Shown: positions 36,401 through 51,137 of the stretch, piece by piece
Numbering within the stretch: position 1 is the stretch's first letter
Layout: each line of letters begins with the position of its first letter
From: the human T2T-CHM13v2.0 reference genome, Homo sapiens
DNA: 64,000 nucleotides
Reading direction: 5' to 3' (one strand)
NCBI RefSeq assembly: GCF_009914755.1
Contig: NC_060946.1
The notes under the pieces: generated by a model
The model's input: only the letters and a program-made list of their open reading frames with translations
The model's database searches: none
What the model was told of the DNA's origin: nothing
Made by a program: the position numbers and the translations under genes

Positions 36401-39400
36401 TCTGTGAAAGGGAATATTCAACTCTGTGACTTGAATGCACATATCACAAAGAAGTTTCTGAGAATGCTTCTGTCGAGATTTTATATGAAGATATTCCCGT
36501 TTCCAACGAAATCCTGAAATCTATCCAAATATCCCCTCGCAGATTCTACAAAAAGAGTGTTTCAAAACTGTTCTGTAAAAAGAAAGGTTCAACTCTGTTA
36601 GTTGAGTACACACATCACAAACAAGTATCACAGAATGCTTCTTTCTAGCTTGTAGGGGAAGATATTCCCTTTATCACCATGGGCCTCAAACCGTCCGAAA
36701 CGTCCACTTCCATATACTTCAAAAAGAGCGTTTCAAACCTGCTCTATGAAAGGCAATGTTCAACTCTGTGACTTGAATGCAGACATCACAGAGCTGTTTA
36801 TGAGAATGCTTCTGTCTAGATTTTATAGGATGATATTCCCGTTTCCAACGAAATCTTCACAGCTATCCAAATATCCACTTGCAGATTCTACAAAAAGAGT
36901 GTATCCAAACTGCTCTGGCAAAAGGAAGGTTCTTCTCTGTTAGGTGAGTGCATACGTCATAAAGGAGTTTCTGAGAATGTTTCTGTCTAGTGGTTATGGG
37001 AAGATATTTGCTTTTTCACCATAGGCCTCAGAGCGCTCCAAATAACCACTTGCACATACTACAAAAAGAGTGCCTCAAAGCTGCTCTCTGAAATGGAATG
37101 TTCAACTCTATGAGTTGAATGCAAACATCACAAAGACGTTTCTGAGAATGCTTCTGTCTAGATTTGATATGAAGATATTCCCGTTTCCAACGAAATCTTC
37201 AAATCTATCCAAATGTCCACTTGCAGATTCAACAAAAAGTGTTTTTCAGAACTGCTCTATCAAAAGAAAGATCCACCTCTGTTAGCTGAGTTCACACATC
37301 CAAACAAGTTTATGAGAATGCTTCTGTCTAGTTTTTATTTGAAGATATTTCCTTTCTCACCATAGACCTGAAAGCTGTCCTAATGTTCACTTCCAGATAC
37401 TACAGAAAGAGTGTTTCAAAACTGCTGTACGAAAGGGAATGTTCAACTCTGTGACTTGAATGCACACATCACAAAGAAGTTTCTGAGGATGCTGCTGTCT
37501 ACTTTTTATACGTAATCCCGTTTCCAACGAAATCCTCCAAGCTATCCAAATATCCACTTGCAGATTCCACAGAAAGACTGTTTCAAAACTGCTCTGTCAA
37601 TAGAAAGGTTCAACTCTGTTAGCTGCGTGCATATATCCCAAAGAAGATTCTGAGATTGCTTCTGTCTAGTTTTTATGGGAAGATATTTCCCTTTTCACCG
37701 TAGGTGTCAAGGCGCTCCAAATGTCCACTTCCAGATACTACAAAAAGAGTGTTTCAAACCTACTCTGTGAAAAGGAATATTCAACTCTGTGACTTGAATG
37801 CAGATATCACAAAGAAGTTTCTGAGAATGCTTCTGTCGAGATTTTATATGAAGATATTCCCGTTTCCAACGAAATCCTGAAATCTATCCAAATATCCCCT
37901 CGCAGATTCTACAAAAAGAGTGTTTCAAAACTGCTCTGTAAAAAGAAAGGTTCAACTCTGTTAGTTGAGTACACACATCACAAACAAGTTTCACAGAATG
38001 CTTCTTTCTAGCTTGTAGGGGAAGATATTCCCTTTATCACCATGGGCCTCCAACCGTCCGAAACGTCCACTTCCATATACTACAAAAAGAGCGTTTCAAA
38101 CCTGCTCTAGGAAAGGCAATGTTCAACTCTGTGACTTGAATGCAGACATCACAGAGCAGTTTCTGAGAATGCTTCTGTCTAGATTTTATAGGAAGATATT
38201 CCCGTTTCCAACGAAATCTTCACAGCTATCCAAATATCCACTTGCAGATTCTACAAAAAGAGTGTATCAAAACTGCTCTCTCAAAAGGAAGGTTCTTCTC
38301 TGTTAGGTGAGTGCATACGTCATAAAGGAGTTTCTGAGAATGTTTCTGTCTAGTGGTTATGGGAAGATATTTGCTTTTTCACCGTAGGCCTCAGAGCGCT
38401 CCAAATATCCACTTGCACATACTACAAAAAGAGTGCCTCAAAGCTGCTCTCTGAAATGGAATGTTCAACTCTATGAGTTGAATGCAAACATCACAAAGAC
38501 GTTTCTGAGAATGCTTCTGTCTAGATTTGATATGAAGATATTCCCGTTTCCAACGAAATCTTCAAATCTATCCAAATGTCCACTTGCAGATTCAACAAAA
38601 AGTGTTTTTCAGAACTGCTCTATCAAAAGAAAGATCCACCTCTGTTAGCTGAGTTCACACATCCAAACAAGTTTATGAGAATGCTTCTGTCTAGTTTTTA
38701 TTTGAAGATATTTCCTTTCTCACCATAGACCTGAAAGCTGTCCTAATGTTCACTTCCAGATACTACAGAAAGAGTGTTTCAAAACTGCTGTACGAAAGGG
38801 AATGTTCAACTCTGTGACTTGAATGCACACATCACAAAGAAGTTTCTGAGGATGCTGCTGTCTACTTTTTATACGTAATCCCGTTTCCAACGAAATCCTC
38901 CAAGCTATCCAAATATCCACTTGCAGATTCCACAGAAAGACTGTTTCAAAACTGCTCTGTCAATAGAAAGGTTCAACTCTGTTAGCTGCGTGCATATATC
39001 CCAAAGAAGATTCTGAGATTGCTTCTGTCTAGTTTTTATGGGAAGATATTTCCCTTTTCACCGTAGGTGTCAAGGCGCTCCAAATGTCCACTTCCAGATA
39101 CTACAAAAAGAGTGTTTCAAACCTACTCTGTGAAAAGGAATATTCAACTCTGTGACTTGAATGCAGATATCACAAAGAAGTTTCTGATAATGCTTCTGTC
39201 GAGATTTTATATGAAGATATTCCCGTTTCCAACGAAATCCTGAAATCTATCCAAATATCCCCTCGCAGATTCTACAAAAAGAGTGTTTCAAAACTGCTCT
39301 GTAAAAAGAAAGGTTCAACTCTGTTAGTTGAGTACACACATCACAAACAAGTTTCACAGAATGCTTCTTTCTAGCTTGTAGGGGAAGATATTCCCTTTAT

Positions 39401-40225
39401 CACCATGGGCCTCCAAACGTCCGAAACGTCCACTTCCATATACTACAAAAAGAGCGTTTCAAACCTGCTCTAGGAAAGGCAATGTTCAACTCTGTGACTT
39501 GAATGCAGACATCACAGAGCAGTTTCTGAGAATGCTTCTGTCTAGATTTTATAGGAAGATATTCCCGTTTCCAACGAAATCTTCACAGCTATCCAAATAT
39601 CCACTTGCAGATTCTACAAAAAGAGTGTATCAAAACTGCTCTGTCAAAAGGAAGGTTCTTCTCTGTTAGGTGAGTGCATACGTCATAAAGGAGTTTCTGA
39701 GAATGTTTCTGTCTAGTGGTTATGGGAAGATATTTGCTTTTTCACCGTAGGCCTCAGAGCGCTCCAAATATCCACTTGCACATACTACAAAAAGAGTGCC
39801 TCAAAGCTGCTCTCTGAAACGGAATGTTCAACTCTATGAGTTGAATGCAAACATCACAAAGACGTTTCTGAGAATGCTTCTGTCTAGATTTGATATGAAG
39901 ATATTCCCGTTTCCAACGAAATCTTCAAATCTATCCAAATGTCCACTTGCAGATTCAACAAAAAGTGTTTTTCAGAACTGCTCTATCAAAAGAAAGATCC
40001 ACCTCTGTTAGCTGAGTTCACACATCACAAACAAGTTTATGAGAATGCTTCTGTCTAGTTTTTATTTGAAGATATTTCCTTTCTCACCATAGACCTGAAA
40101 GCTGTCCTAATGTTCACTTCCAGATACTACAGAAAGAGTGTTTCAAAACTGCTGTACGAAAGGGAATGTTCAACTCTGTGACTTGAATGCACACATCACA
40201 AAGAAGTTTCTGAGGATGCTGCTGT

Positions 40226-43200
40226 CTACTTTTTATACGTAATCCCGTTTCCAACGAAATCCTCCAAGCTATCCAAATATCCACTTGCAGATTCCACAGA
40301 AAGACTGTTTCAAAACTGCTCTGTCAATAGAAAGGTTCAACTCTGTTAGCTGCGTGCATATATCCCAAAGAAGATTCTGAGATTCCTTCTGTCTAGTTTT
40401 TATGGGAAGATATTTCCCTTTTCACCGTAGGCGTCAAGGCGCTCCAAATGTCCACTTCCAGATACTACAAAAAGAGTGTTTCAAACCTACTCTGTGAAAG
40501 GGAATATTCAACTCTGTGACTTGAATGCACATATCACAAAGAAGTTTCTGAGAATGCTTCTGTCGAGATTTTATATGAAGATATTCCCGTTTCCAACGAA
40601 ATCCTGAAATCTATCCAAATATCCCCTCGCAGATTCTACAAAAAGAGTGTTTCAAAACTGCTCTGTAAAAAGAAAGGTTCAACTCTGTTAGTTGAGTACA
40701 CACATCACAAACAAGTTTCACAGAATGCTTCTTTCTAGCTTGTAGGGGAAGATATTCCCTTTATCACCATGGTCCTCAAACCGTCCGAAACGTCCACTTC
40801 CATATACTACAAAAAGAGCGTTTCAAACCTGCTCTAGGAAAGGCAATGTTCAACTCTGTGACTTGAATGCAGACATCACAGAACAGTTTCTGAGAATGCT
40901 TCTGTCTAGATTTTATAGGAAGATATTCCCGTTTCCAACGAAATCTTCACAGCTATCCAAATATCCACTTGCAGATTCTACAAAAAGAGTGTATCAAAAC
41001 TGCTCTGTCAAAAGGAAGGTTCTTCTCTGTTAGGTGAGTGCATACGTCATAAAGGAGTTTCTGAGAATGTTTCTGTCTAGTGGTTATGGGAAGATATTTG
41101 CTTTTTCACCGTAGGCCTCAGAGCGCTCCAAATATCCACTTGCACATACTACAAAAAGAGTGCCTCAAAGCTGCTCTCTGAAACGGAATGTTCAACTCTA
41201 TGAGTTGAATGCAAACATCACAAAGACGTTTCTGAGAATGCTTCTGTCTAGATTTGATATGAAGATATTCCCGTTTCCAACGAAATCTTCAAATCTATCC
41301 AAATGTCCACTTGCAGATTCAACAAAAAGTGTTTTTCAGAACTGCTCTATCAAAAGAAAGATCCACCTCTGTTAGCTGAGTTCACACATCACAAACAAGT
41401 TTATGAGAATGCTTCTGTCTAGTTTTTATTTGAAGATATTTCCTTTCTCACCATAGACCTGAAAGCTGTCCTAATGTTCACTTCCAGATACTACAGAAAG
41501 AGTGTTTCAAAACTGCTGTACGAAAGGGAATGTTCAACTCTGTGACTTGAATGCACACATCACAAAGAAGTTTCTGAGGATGCTGCTGTCTACTTTTTAT
41601 ACGTAATCCCGTTTCCAACGAAATCCTCCAAGCTATCCAAATATCCACTTGCAGATTCCACAGAAAGACTGTTTCAAAACTGCTCTGTCAATAGAAAGGT
41701 TCAACTCTGTTAGCTGCGTGCATATATCCCAAAGAAGATTCTGAGATTGCTTCTGTCTAGTTTTTATGGGAAGATATTTCCCTTTTCACCGTAGGCGTCA
41801 AGGCGCTCCAAATGTCCACTTCCAGATACTACAAAAAGAGTGTTTCAAACCTACTCTGTGAAAGCGAATATTCAACTCTGTGACTTGAATGCACATATCA
41901 CAAAGAAGTTTCTGAGAATGCTTCTGTCGAGATTTTATATGAAGATATTCCCGTTTCCAACGAAATCCTGAAATCTATCCAAATATCCCCTCGCAGATTC
42001 TACAAAAAGAGTGTTTCAAAACTGCTCTGTAAAAAGAAAGGTTCAACTCTGTTAGTTGAGTACACACATCACAAACAAGTTTCACAGAATGCTTCTTTCT
42101 AGCTTGTAGGGGAAGATATTCCCTTTATCACCATGGGCCTCCAACCGTCCGAAACGTCCACTTCCATATACTACCAAAAGAGCGTTTCAAACCTGCTCTA
42201 GGAAAGGCAATGTTCAACTCTGTGACTTGAATGCAGACATCACAGAGCAGTTTCTGAGAATGCTTCTGTCTAGATTTTATAGGAAGATATTCCCGTTTCC
42301 AACGAAATCTTCACAGCTATCCAAATATCCACTTGCAGATTCTACAAAAAGAGTGTATCAAAACTGCTCTGTCAAAAGGAAGGTTCTTCTCTGTTAGGTG
42401 AGTGCATACGTCATAAAGGAGTTTCTGAGAATGTTTCTGTCTAGTGGTTATGGGAAGATATTTGCTTTTTCACCGTAGGCCTCAGAGCGCTCCAAATATC
42501 CACTTGCACATACTACAAAAAGAGTGCCTCAAAGCTGCTCTCTGAAACGGAATGTTCAACTCTATGAGTTGAATGCAAACATCACAAAGACGTTTCTGAG
42601 AATGCTTCTGTCTAGATTTGATATGAAGATATTCCCGTTTCCAACGAAATCTTCAAATCTATCCAAATGTCCACTTGCAGATTCAACAAAAAGTGTTTTT
42701 CAGAACTGCTCTATCAAAAGAAAGATCCACCTCTGTTAGCTGAGTTCACACATCACAAACAAGTTTATGAGAATGCTTCTGTCTAGTTTTTATTTGAAGA
42801 TATTTCCTTTCTCACCATAGACCTGAAAGCTGTCCTAATGTTCACTTCCAGATACTACAGAAAGAGTGTTTCAAAACTGCTGTACGAAAGGGAATGTTCA
42901 ACTCTGTGACTTGAATGCACACATCACAAAGAAGTTTCTGAGGATGCTGCTGTCTACTTTTTATACGTAATCCCGTTTCCAACGAAATCCTCCAAGCTAT
43001 CCAAATATCCACTTGCAGATTCCACAGAAAGACTGTTTCAAAACTGCTCTGTCAATAGAAAGGTTCAACTCTGTTAGCTGCGTGCATATATCCCAAAGAA
43101 GATTCTGAGATTGCTTCTGTCTAGTTTTTATGGGAAGATATTTCCCTTTTCACCGTAGGCGTCAAGGCGCTCCAAATGTCCACTTCCAGATACTACAAAA

Positions 43201-46200
43201 AGAGTGTTTCAAACCTACTCTGTGAAAGGGAATATTCAACTCTGTGACTTGAATGCACATATCACAAAGAAGTTTCTGAGAATGCTTCTGTCGAGATTTT
43301 ATATGAAGATATTCCCGTTTCCAACGAAATCCTGAAATCTATCCAAATATCCCCTCGCAGATTCTACAAAAAGAGTGTTTCAAAACTGCTCTGTAAAAAG
43401 AAAGGTTCAACTCTGTTAGTTGAGTACACACATCACAAACAAGTTTCACAGAATGCTTCTTTCTAGCTTGTAGGGGAAGATATTCCCTTTATCACCATGG
43501 GCCTCCAACCGTCCGAAACGTCCACTTCCATATACTACAAAAAGAGCGTTTCAAACCTGCTCTATGAAAGGCAATGTTCAACTCTGTGACTTGAATGCAG
43601 ACATCACAGAGCAGTTTCTGAGAATGCTTCTGTCTAGATTTTATAGGAAGATATTCCCGTTTCCAACGAAATCTTCACAGCTATCCAAATATCCACTTGC
43701 AGATTCTACAAAAAGAGTGTATCAAAACTGCTCTGTCAAAAGGAAGGTTCTTCTCTGTTAGGTGAGTGCATACGTCATAAAGGAGTTTCTGAGAATGTTT
43801 CTGTCTAGTGGTTATGGGAAGATATTTGCTTTTTCACCGTAGGCCTCAGAGCGCTCCAAATATCCACTTGCACATACTACAAAAAGAGTGCCTCAAAGCT
43901 GCTCTTTGAAACGGAATGTTCAACTCTATGAGTTGAATGCAAACATCACAAAGACGTTTCTGAGAATGCTTCTGTCTAGATTTGATATGAAGATATTCCC
44001 GTTTCCAACGAAATCTTCAAATCTATCCAAATGTCCACTTGCAGATTCAACAAAAAGTGTTTTTCAGAACTGCTCTATCAAAAGAAAGATCCACATCTGT
44101 TAGCTGAGTTCACACATCACAAACAAGTTTATGAGAATGCTTCTGTCTAGTTTTTATTTGAAGATATTTCCTTTCTCACCATAGACCTGAAAGCTGTCCT
44201 AATGTTCACTTCCAGATACTACAGAAAGAGTGTTTCAAAACTGCTGTATGAAAGGGAATGTTCAACTCTGTGACTTGAATGCACACATCACAAAGAAGTT
44301 TCTGAGGATGCTGCTGTCTACTTTTTATATGTAATCCGGTTTCCAACGAAATCCTCCAAGCTATCCAAATATCCACTTGCAGATTCCACAGAAAGACTGT
44401 TTCAAAACTGCTCTGTCAATAGAAAGGTTCAACTCTGTTAGCTGCGTGCATATATCCCAAAGAAGATTCTGAGATTGCTTCTGTCTAGTTTTTATGGGAA
44501 GATATTTCCCTTTTCACCGTAGGCGTCAAGGCGCTCCAAATGTCCACTTCCAGATACTACAAAAAGAGTGTTTCAAACCTACTCTGTGAAAGGGAATATT
44601 CAACTCTGTGACTTGAATGCACATATCACAAAGAAGTTTCTGAGAATGCTTCTGTCGAGATTTTATATGAAGATATTCCCGTTTCCAACGAAATCCTGAA
44701 ATCTATCCAAATATCCCCTCGCAGATTCTACAAAAAGAGTGTTTCAAAACTGCTCTGTAAAAAGAAAGGTTCAACTCTGTTAGTTGAGTACACACATCAC
44801 AAACAAGTTTCACAGAATGCTTCTTTCTAGCTTGTAGGGGAAGATATTCCCTTTATCACCATGGGCCTCCAACCGTCCGAAACGTCCACTTCCATATACT
44901 ACAAAAAGAGCGTTTCAAACCTGCTCTAGGAAAGGCAATGTTCAACTCTGTGACTTGAATGCAGACATCACAGAGCAGTTTCTGAGAATGCTTCTGTCTA
45001 GATTTTATAGGAAGATATTCCCGTTTCCAACGAAATCTTCACAGCTATCCAAATATCCACTTGCAGATTCTACAAAAAGAGTGTATCAAAACTGCTCTGT
45101 CAAAAGGAAGGTTCTTCTCTGTTAGGTGAGTGCATACGTCATAAAGGAGTTTCTGAGAATGTTTCTGTCTAGTGGTTATGGGAAGATATTTGCTTTTTCA
45201 CCGTAGGCCTCAGAGCGCTCCAAATATCCACTTGCACATACTACAAAAAGAGTGCCTCAAAGCTGCTCTCTGAAACGGAATGTTCAACTCTATGAGTTGA
45301 ATGCAAACATCACAAAGACGTTTCTGAGAATGCTTCTGTCTAGATTTGATATGAAGATATTCCCGTTTCCAACGAAATCTTCAAATCTATCCAAATGTCC
45401 ACTTGCAGATTCAACAAAAAGTGTTTTTCAGAACTGCTCTATCAAAAGAAAGATCCACCTCTGTTAGCTGAGTTCACACATCACAAACAAGTTTATGAGA
45501 ATGCTTCTGTCTAGTTTTTATTTGAAGATATTTCCTTTCTCACCATAGACCTGAAAGCTGTCCTAATGTTCACTTCCAGATACTACAGAAAGAGTGTTTC
45601 AAAACTGCTGTACGAAAGGGAATGTTCAACTCTGTGACTTGAATGCACACATCACAAAGAAGTTTCTGAGGATGCTGCTGTCTACTTTTTATACGTAATC
45701 CCGTTTCCAACGAAATCCTCCAAGCTATCCAAATATCCACTTGCAGATTCCACAGAAAGACTGTTTCAAAACTGCTCTGTCAATAGAAAGGTTCAACTCT
45801 GTTAGCTGCGTGCATATATCCCAAAGAAGATTCTGAGATTCCTTCTGTCTAGTTTTTATGGGAAGATATTTCCCTTTTCACCGTAGGCGTCAAGGCGCTC
45901 CAAATGTCCACTTCCAGATACTACAAAAAGAGTGTTTCAAACCTACTCTGTGAAAGGGAATATTCAACTCTGTGACTTGAATGCACATATCACAAAGAAG
46001 TTTCTGAGAATGCTTCTGTCGAGATTTTATATGAAGATATTCCCGTTTCCAACGAAATCCTGAAATCTATCCAAATATCCCCTCGCAGATTCTACAAAAA
46101 GAGTGTTTCAAAACTGCTCTGTAAAAAGAAAGGTTCAACTCTGTTAGTTGAGTACACACATCACAAACAAGTTTCACAGAATGCTTCTTTCTAGCTTGTA

Positions 46201-49200
46201 GGGGAAGATATTCCCTTTATCACCATGGTCCTCAAACCGTCCGAAACGTCCACTTCCATATACTACAAAAAGAGCGTTTCAAACCTGCTCTAGGAAAGGC
46301 AATGTTCAACTCTGTGACTTGAATGCAGACATCACAGAACAGTTTCTGAGAATGCTTCTGTCTAGATTTTATAGGAAGATATTCCCGTTTCCAACGAAAT
46401 CTTCACAGCTATCCAAATATCCACTTGCAGATTCTACAAAAAGAGTGTATCAAAACTGCTCTGTCAAAAGGAAGGTTCTTCTCTGTTAGGTGAGTGCATA
46501 CGTCATAAAGGAGTTTCTGAGAATGTTTCTGTCTAGTGGTTATGGGAAGATATTTGCTTTTTCACCGTAGGCCTCAGAGCGCTCCAAATATCCACTTGCA
46601 CATACTACAAAAAGAGTGCCTCAAAGCTGCTCTCTGAAACGGAATGTTCAACTCTATGAGTTGAATGCAAACATCACAAAGACGTTTCTGAGAATGCTTC
46701 TGTCTAGATTTGATATGAAGATATTCCCGTTTCCAACGAAATCTTCAAATCTATCCAAATGTCCACTTGCAGATTCAACAAAAAGTGTTTTTCAGAACTG
46801 CTCTATCAAAAGAAAGATCCACCTCTGTTAGCTGAGTTCACACATCACAAACAAGTTTATGAGAATGCTTCTGTCTAGTTTTTATTTGAAGATATTTCCT
46901 TTCTCACCATAGACCTGAAAGCTGTCCTAATGTTCACTTCCAGATACTACAGAAAGAGTGTTTCAAAACTGCTGTACGAAAGGGAATGTTCAACTCTGTG
47001 ACTTGAATGCACACATCACAAAGAAGTTTCTGAGGATGCTGCTGTCTACTTTTTATACGTAATCCCGTTTCCAACGAAATCCTCCAAGCTATCCAAATAT
47101 CCACTTGCAGATTCCACAGAAAGACTGTTTCAAAACTGCTCTGTCAATAGAAAGGTTCAACTCTGTTAGCTGCGTGCATATATCCCAAAGAAGATTCTGA
47201 GATTGCTTCTGTCTAGTTTTTATGGGAAGATATTTCCCTTTTCACCGTAGGCGTCAAGGCGCTCCAAATGTCCACTTCCAGATACTACAAAAAGAGTGTT
47301 TCAAACCTACTCTGTGAAAGCGAATATTCAACTCTGTGACTTGAATGCACATATCACAAAGAAGTTTCTGAGAATGCTTCTGTCGAGATTTTATATGAAG
47401 ATATTCCCGTTTCCAACGAAATCCTGAAATCTATCCAAATATCCCCTCGCAGATTCTACAAAAAGAGTGTTTCAAAACTGCTCTGTAAAAAGAAAGGTTC
47501 AACTCTGTTAGTTGAGTACACACATCACAAACAAGTTTCACAGAATGCTTCTTTCTAGCTTGTAGGGGAAGATATTCCCTTTATCACCATGGGCCTCCAA
47601 CCGTCCGAAACGTCCACTTCCATATACTACCAAAAGAGCGTTTCAAACCTGCTCTAGGAAAGGCAATGTTCAACTCTGTGACTTGAATGCAGACATCACA
47701 GAGCAGTTTCTGAGAATGCTTCTGTCTAGATTTTATAGGAAGATATTCCCGTTTCCAACGAAATCTTCACAGCTATCCAAATATCCACTTGCAGATTCTA
47801 CAAAAAGAGTGTATCAAAACTGCTCTGTCAAAAGGAAGGTTCTTCTCTGTTAGGTGAGTGCATACGTCATAAAGGAGTTTCTGAGAATGTTTCTGTCTAG
47901 TGGTTATGGGAAGATATTTGCTTTTTCACCGTAGGCCTCAGAGCGCTCCAAATATCCACTTGCACATACTACAAAAAGAGTGCCTCAAAGCTGCTCTCTG
48001 AAACGGAATGTTCAACTCTATGAGTTGAATGCAAACATCACAAAGACGTTTCTGAGAATGCTTCTGTCTAGATTTGATATGAAGATATTCCCGTTTCCAA
48101 CGAAATCTTCAAATCTATCCAAATGTCCACTTGCAGATTCAACAAAAAGTGTTTTTCAGAACTGCTCTATCAAAAGAAAGATCCACCTCTGTTAGCTGAG
48201 TTCACACATCACAAACAAGTTTATGAGAATGCTTCTGTCTAGTTTTTATTTGAAGATATTTCCTTTCTCACCATAGACCTGAAAGCTGTCCTAATGTTCA
48301 CTTCCAGATACTACAGAAAGAGTGTTTCAAAACTGCTGTACGAAAGGGAATGTTCAACTCTGTGACTTGAATGCACACATCACAAAGAAGTTTCTGAGGA
48401 TGCTGCTGTCTACTTTTTATACGTAATCCCGTTTCCAACGAAATCCTCCAAGCTATCCAAATATCCACTTGCAGATTCCACAGAAAGACTGTTTCAAAAC
48501 TGCTCTGTCAATAGAAAGGTTCAACTCTGTTAGCTGCGTGCATATATCCCAAAGAAGATTCTGAGATTGCTTCTGTCTAGTTTTTATGGGAAGATATTTC
48601 CCTTTTCACCGTAGGCGTCAAGGCGCTCCAAATGTCCACTTCCAGATACTACAAAAAGAGTGTTTCAAACCTACTCTGTGAAAGGGAATATTCAACTCTG
48701 TGACTTGAATGCACATATCACAAAGAAGTTTCTGAGAATGCTTCTGTCGAGATTTTATATGAAGATATTCCCGTTTCCAACGAAATCCTGAAATCTATCC
48801 AAATATCCCCTCGCAGATTCTACAAAAAGAGTGTTTCAAAACTGCTCTGTAAAAAGAAAGGTTCAACTCTGTTAGTTGAGTACACACATCACAAACAAGT
48901 TTCACAGAATGCTTCTTTCTAGCTTGTAGGGGAAGATATTCCCTTTATCACCATGGGCCTCCAACCGTCCGAAACGTCCACTTCCATATACTACAAAAAG
49001 AGCGTTTCAAACCTGCTCTATGAAAGGCAATGTTCAACTCTGTGACTTGAATGCAGACATCACAGAGCAGTTTCTGAGAATGCTTCTGTCTAGATTTTAT
49101 AGGAAGATATTCCCGTTTCCAACGAAATCTTCACAGCTATCCAAATATCCACTTGCAGATTCTACAAAAAGAGTGTATCAAAACTGCTCTGTCAAAAGGA

Positions 49201-51137
49201 AGGTTCTTCTCTGTTAGGTGAGTGCATACGTCATAAAGGAGTTTCTGAGAATGTTTCTGTCTAGTGGTTATGGGAAGATATTTGCTTTTTCACCGTAGGC
49301 CTCAGAGCGCTCCAAATATCCACTTGCACATACTACAAAAAGAGTGCCTCAAAGCTGCTCTTTGAAACGGAATGTTCAACTCTATGAGTTGAATGCAAAC
49401 ATCACAAAGACGTTTCTGAGAATGCTTCTGTCTAGATTTGATATGAAGATATTCCCGTTTCCAACGAAATCTTCAAATCTATCCAAATGTCCACTTGCAG
49501 ATTCAACAAAAAGTGTTTTTCAGAACTGCTCTATCAAAAGAAAGATCCACATCTGTTAGCTGAGTTCACACATCACAAACAAGTTTATGAGAATGCTTCT
49601 GTCTAGTTTTTATTTGAAGATATTTCCTTTCTCACCATAGACCTGAAAGCTGTCCTAATGTTCACTTCCAGATACTACAGAAAGAGTGTTTCAAAACTGC
49701 TGTATGAAAGGGAATTTTCAACTCTGTGACTTGAATGCACACATCACAAAGAAGTTTCTGAGGATGCTGCTGTCTACTTTTTATATGTAATCCCGTTTCC
49801 AACGAAATCCTCCAAGCTATCCAAATATCCACTTGCAGATTTCACAGAAAGACTGTTTCAAAACTGCTCTGTCAATAGAAAGGTTCAACTCTGTTAGCTG
49901 CGTGCATATATCCCAAAGAAGATTCTGAGATTGCTTCTGTCTAGTTTTTATGGGAAGATATTTCCCTTTTCACCGTAGGCGTCAAGGCGCTCCAAATGTC
50001 CACTTCCAGATACTACAAAAAGAGTGTTTCAAACCTACTCTGTGAAAGGGAATATTCAACTCTGTGACTTGAATGCACATATCACAAAGAAGTTTCTGAG
50101 AATGCTTCTGTCGAGATTTTATATGAAGATATTCCCGTTTCCAACGAAATCCTGAAATCTATCCAAATATCCCCTCGCAGATTCTACAAAAAGAGTGTTT
50201 CAAAACTGCTCTGTAAAAAGAAAGGTTCAACTCTGTTAGTTGAGTACACACATCACAAACAAGTTTCACAGAATGCTTCTTTCTAGCTTGTAGGGGAAGA
50301 TATTCCCTTTATCACCATGGGCCTCCAACCGTCCGAAACGTCCACTTCCATATACTACAAAAAGAGCGTTTCAAACCTGCTCTAGGAAAGGCAATGTTCA
50401 ACTCTGTGACTTGAATGCAGACATCACAGAGCAGTTTCTGAGAATGCTTCTGTCTAGATTTTATAGGAAGATATTCCCGTTTCCAACGAAATCTTCACAG
50501 CTATCCAAATATCCACTTGCAGATTCTACAAAAAGAGTGTATCAAAACTGCTCTGTCAAAAGGAAGGTTCTTCTCTGTTAGGTGAGTGCATACGTCATAA
50601 AGGAGTTTCTGAGAATGTTTCTGTCTAGTGGTTATGGGAAGATATTTGCTTTTTCACCGTAGGCCTCAGAGCGCTCCAAATATCCACTTGCACATACTAC
50701 AAAAAGAGTGCCTCAAAGCTGCTCTCTGAAACGGAATGTTCAACTCTATGAGTTGAATGCAAACATCACAAAGACGTTTCTGAGAATGCTTCTGTCTAGA
50801 TTTGATATGAAGATATTCCCGTTTCCAACGAAATCTTCAAATCTATCCAAATGTCCACTTGCAGATTCAACAAAAAGTGTTTTTCAGAACTGCTCTATCA
50901 AAAGAAAGATCCACCTCTGTTAGCTGAGTTCACACATCACAAACAAGTTTATGAGAATGCTTCTGTCTAGTTTTTATTTGAAGATATTTCCTTTCTCACC
51001 ATAGACCTGAAAGCTGTCCTAATGTTCACTTCCAGATACTACAGAAAGAGTGTTTCAAAACTGCTGTACGAAAGGGAATGTTCAACTCTGTGACTTGAAT
51101 GCACACATCACAAAGAAGTTTCTGAGGATGCTGCTGT
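40226..51137. repeat. Tandem duplication of a 4-HOR block (2 x 5456 bp)
   Basis: The order of variant-defined HOR types in 40226-45681 repeats in 45682-51137. The ORF markers at 43564/43888 recur at 49020/49344, 5456 bp later. Confidence 0.85.
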
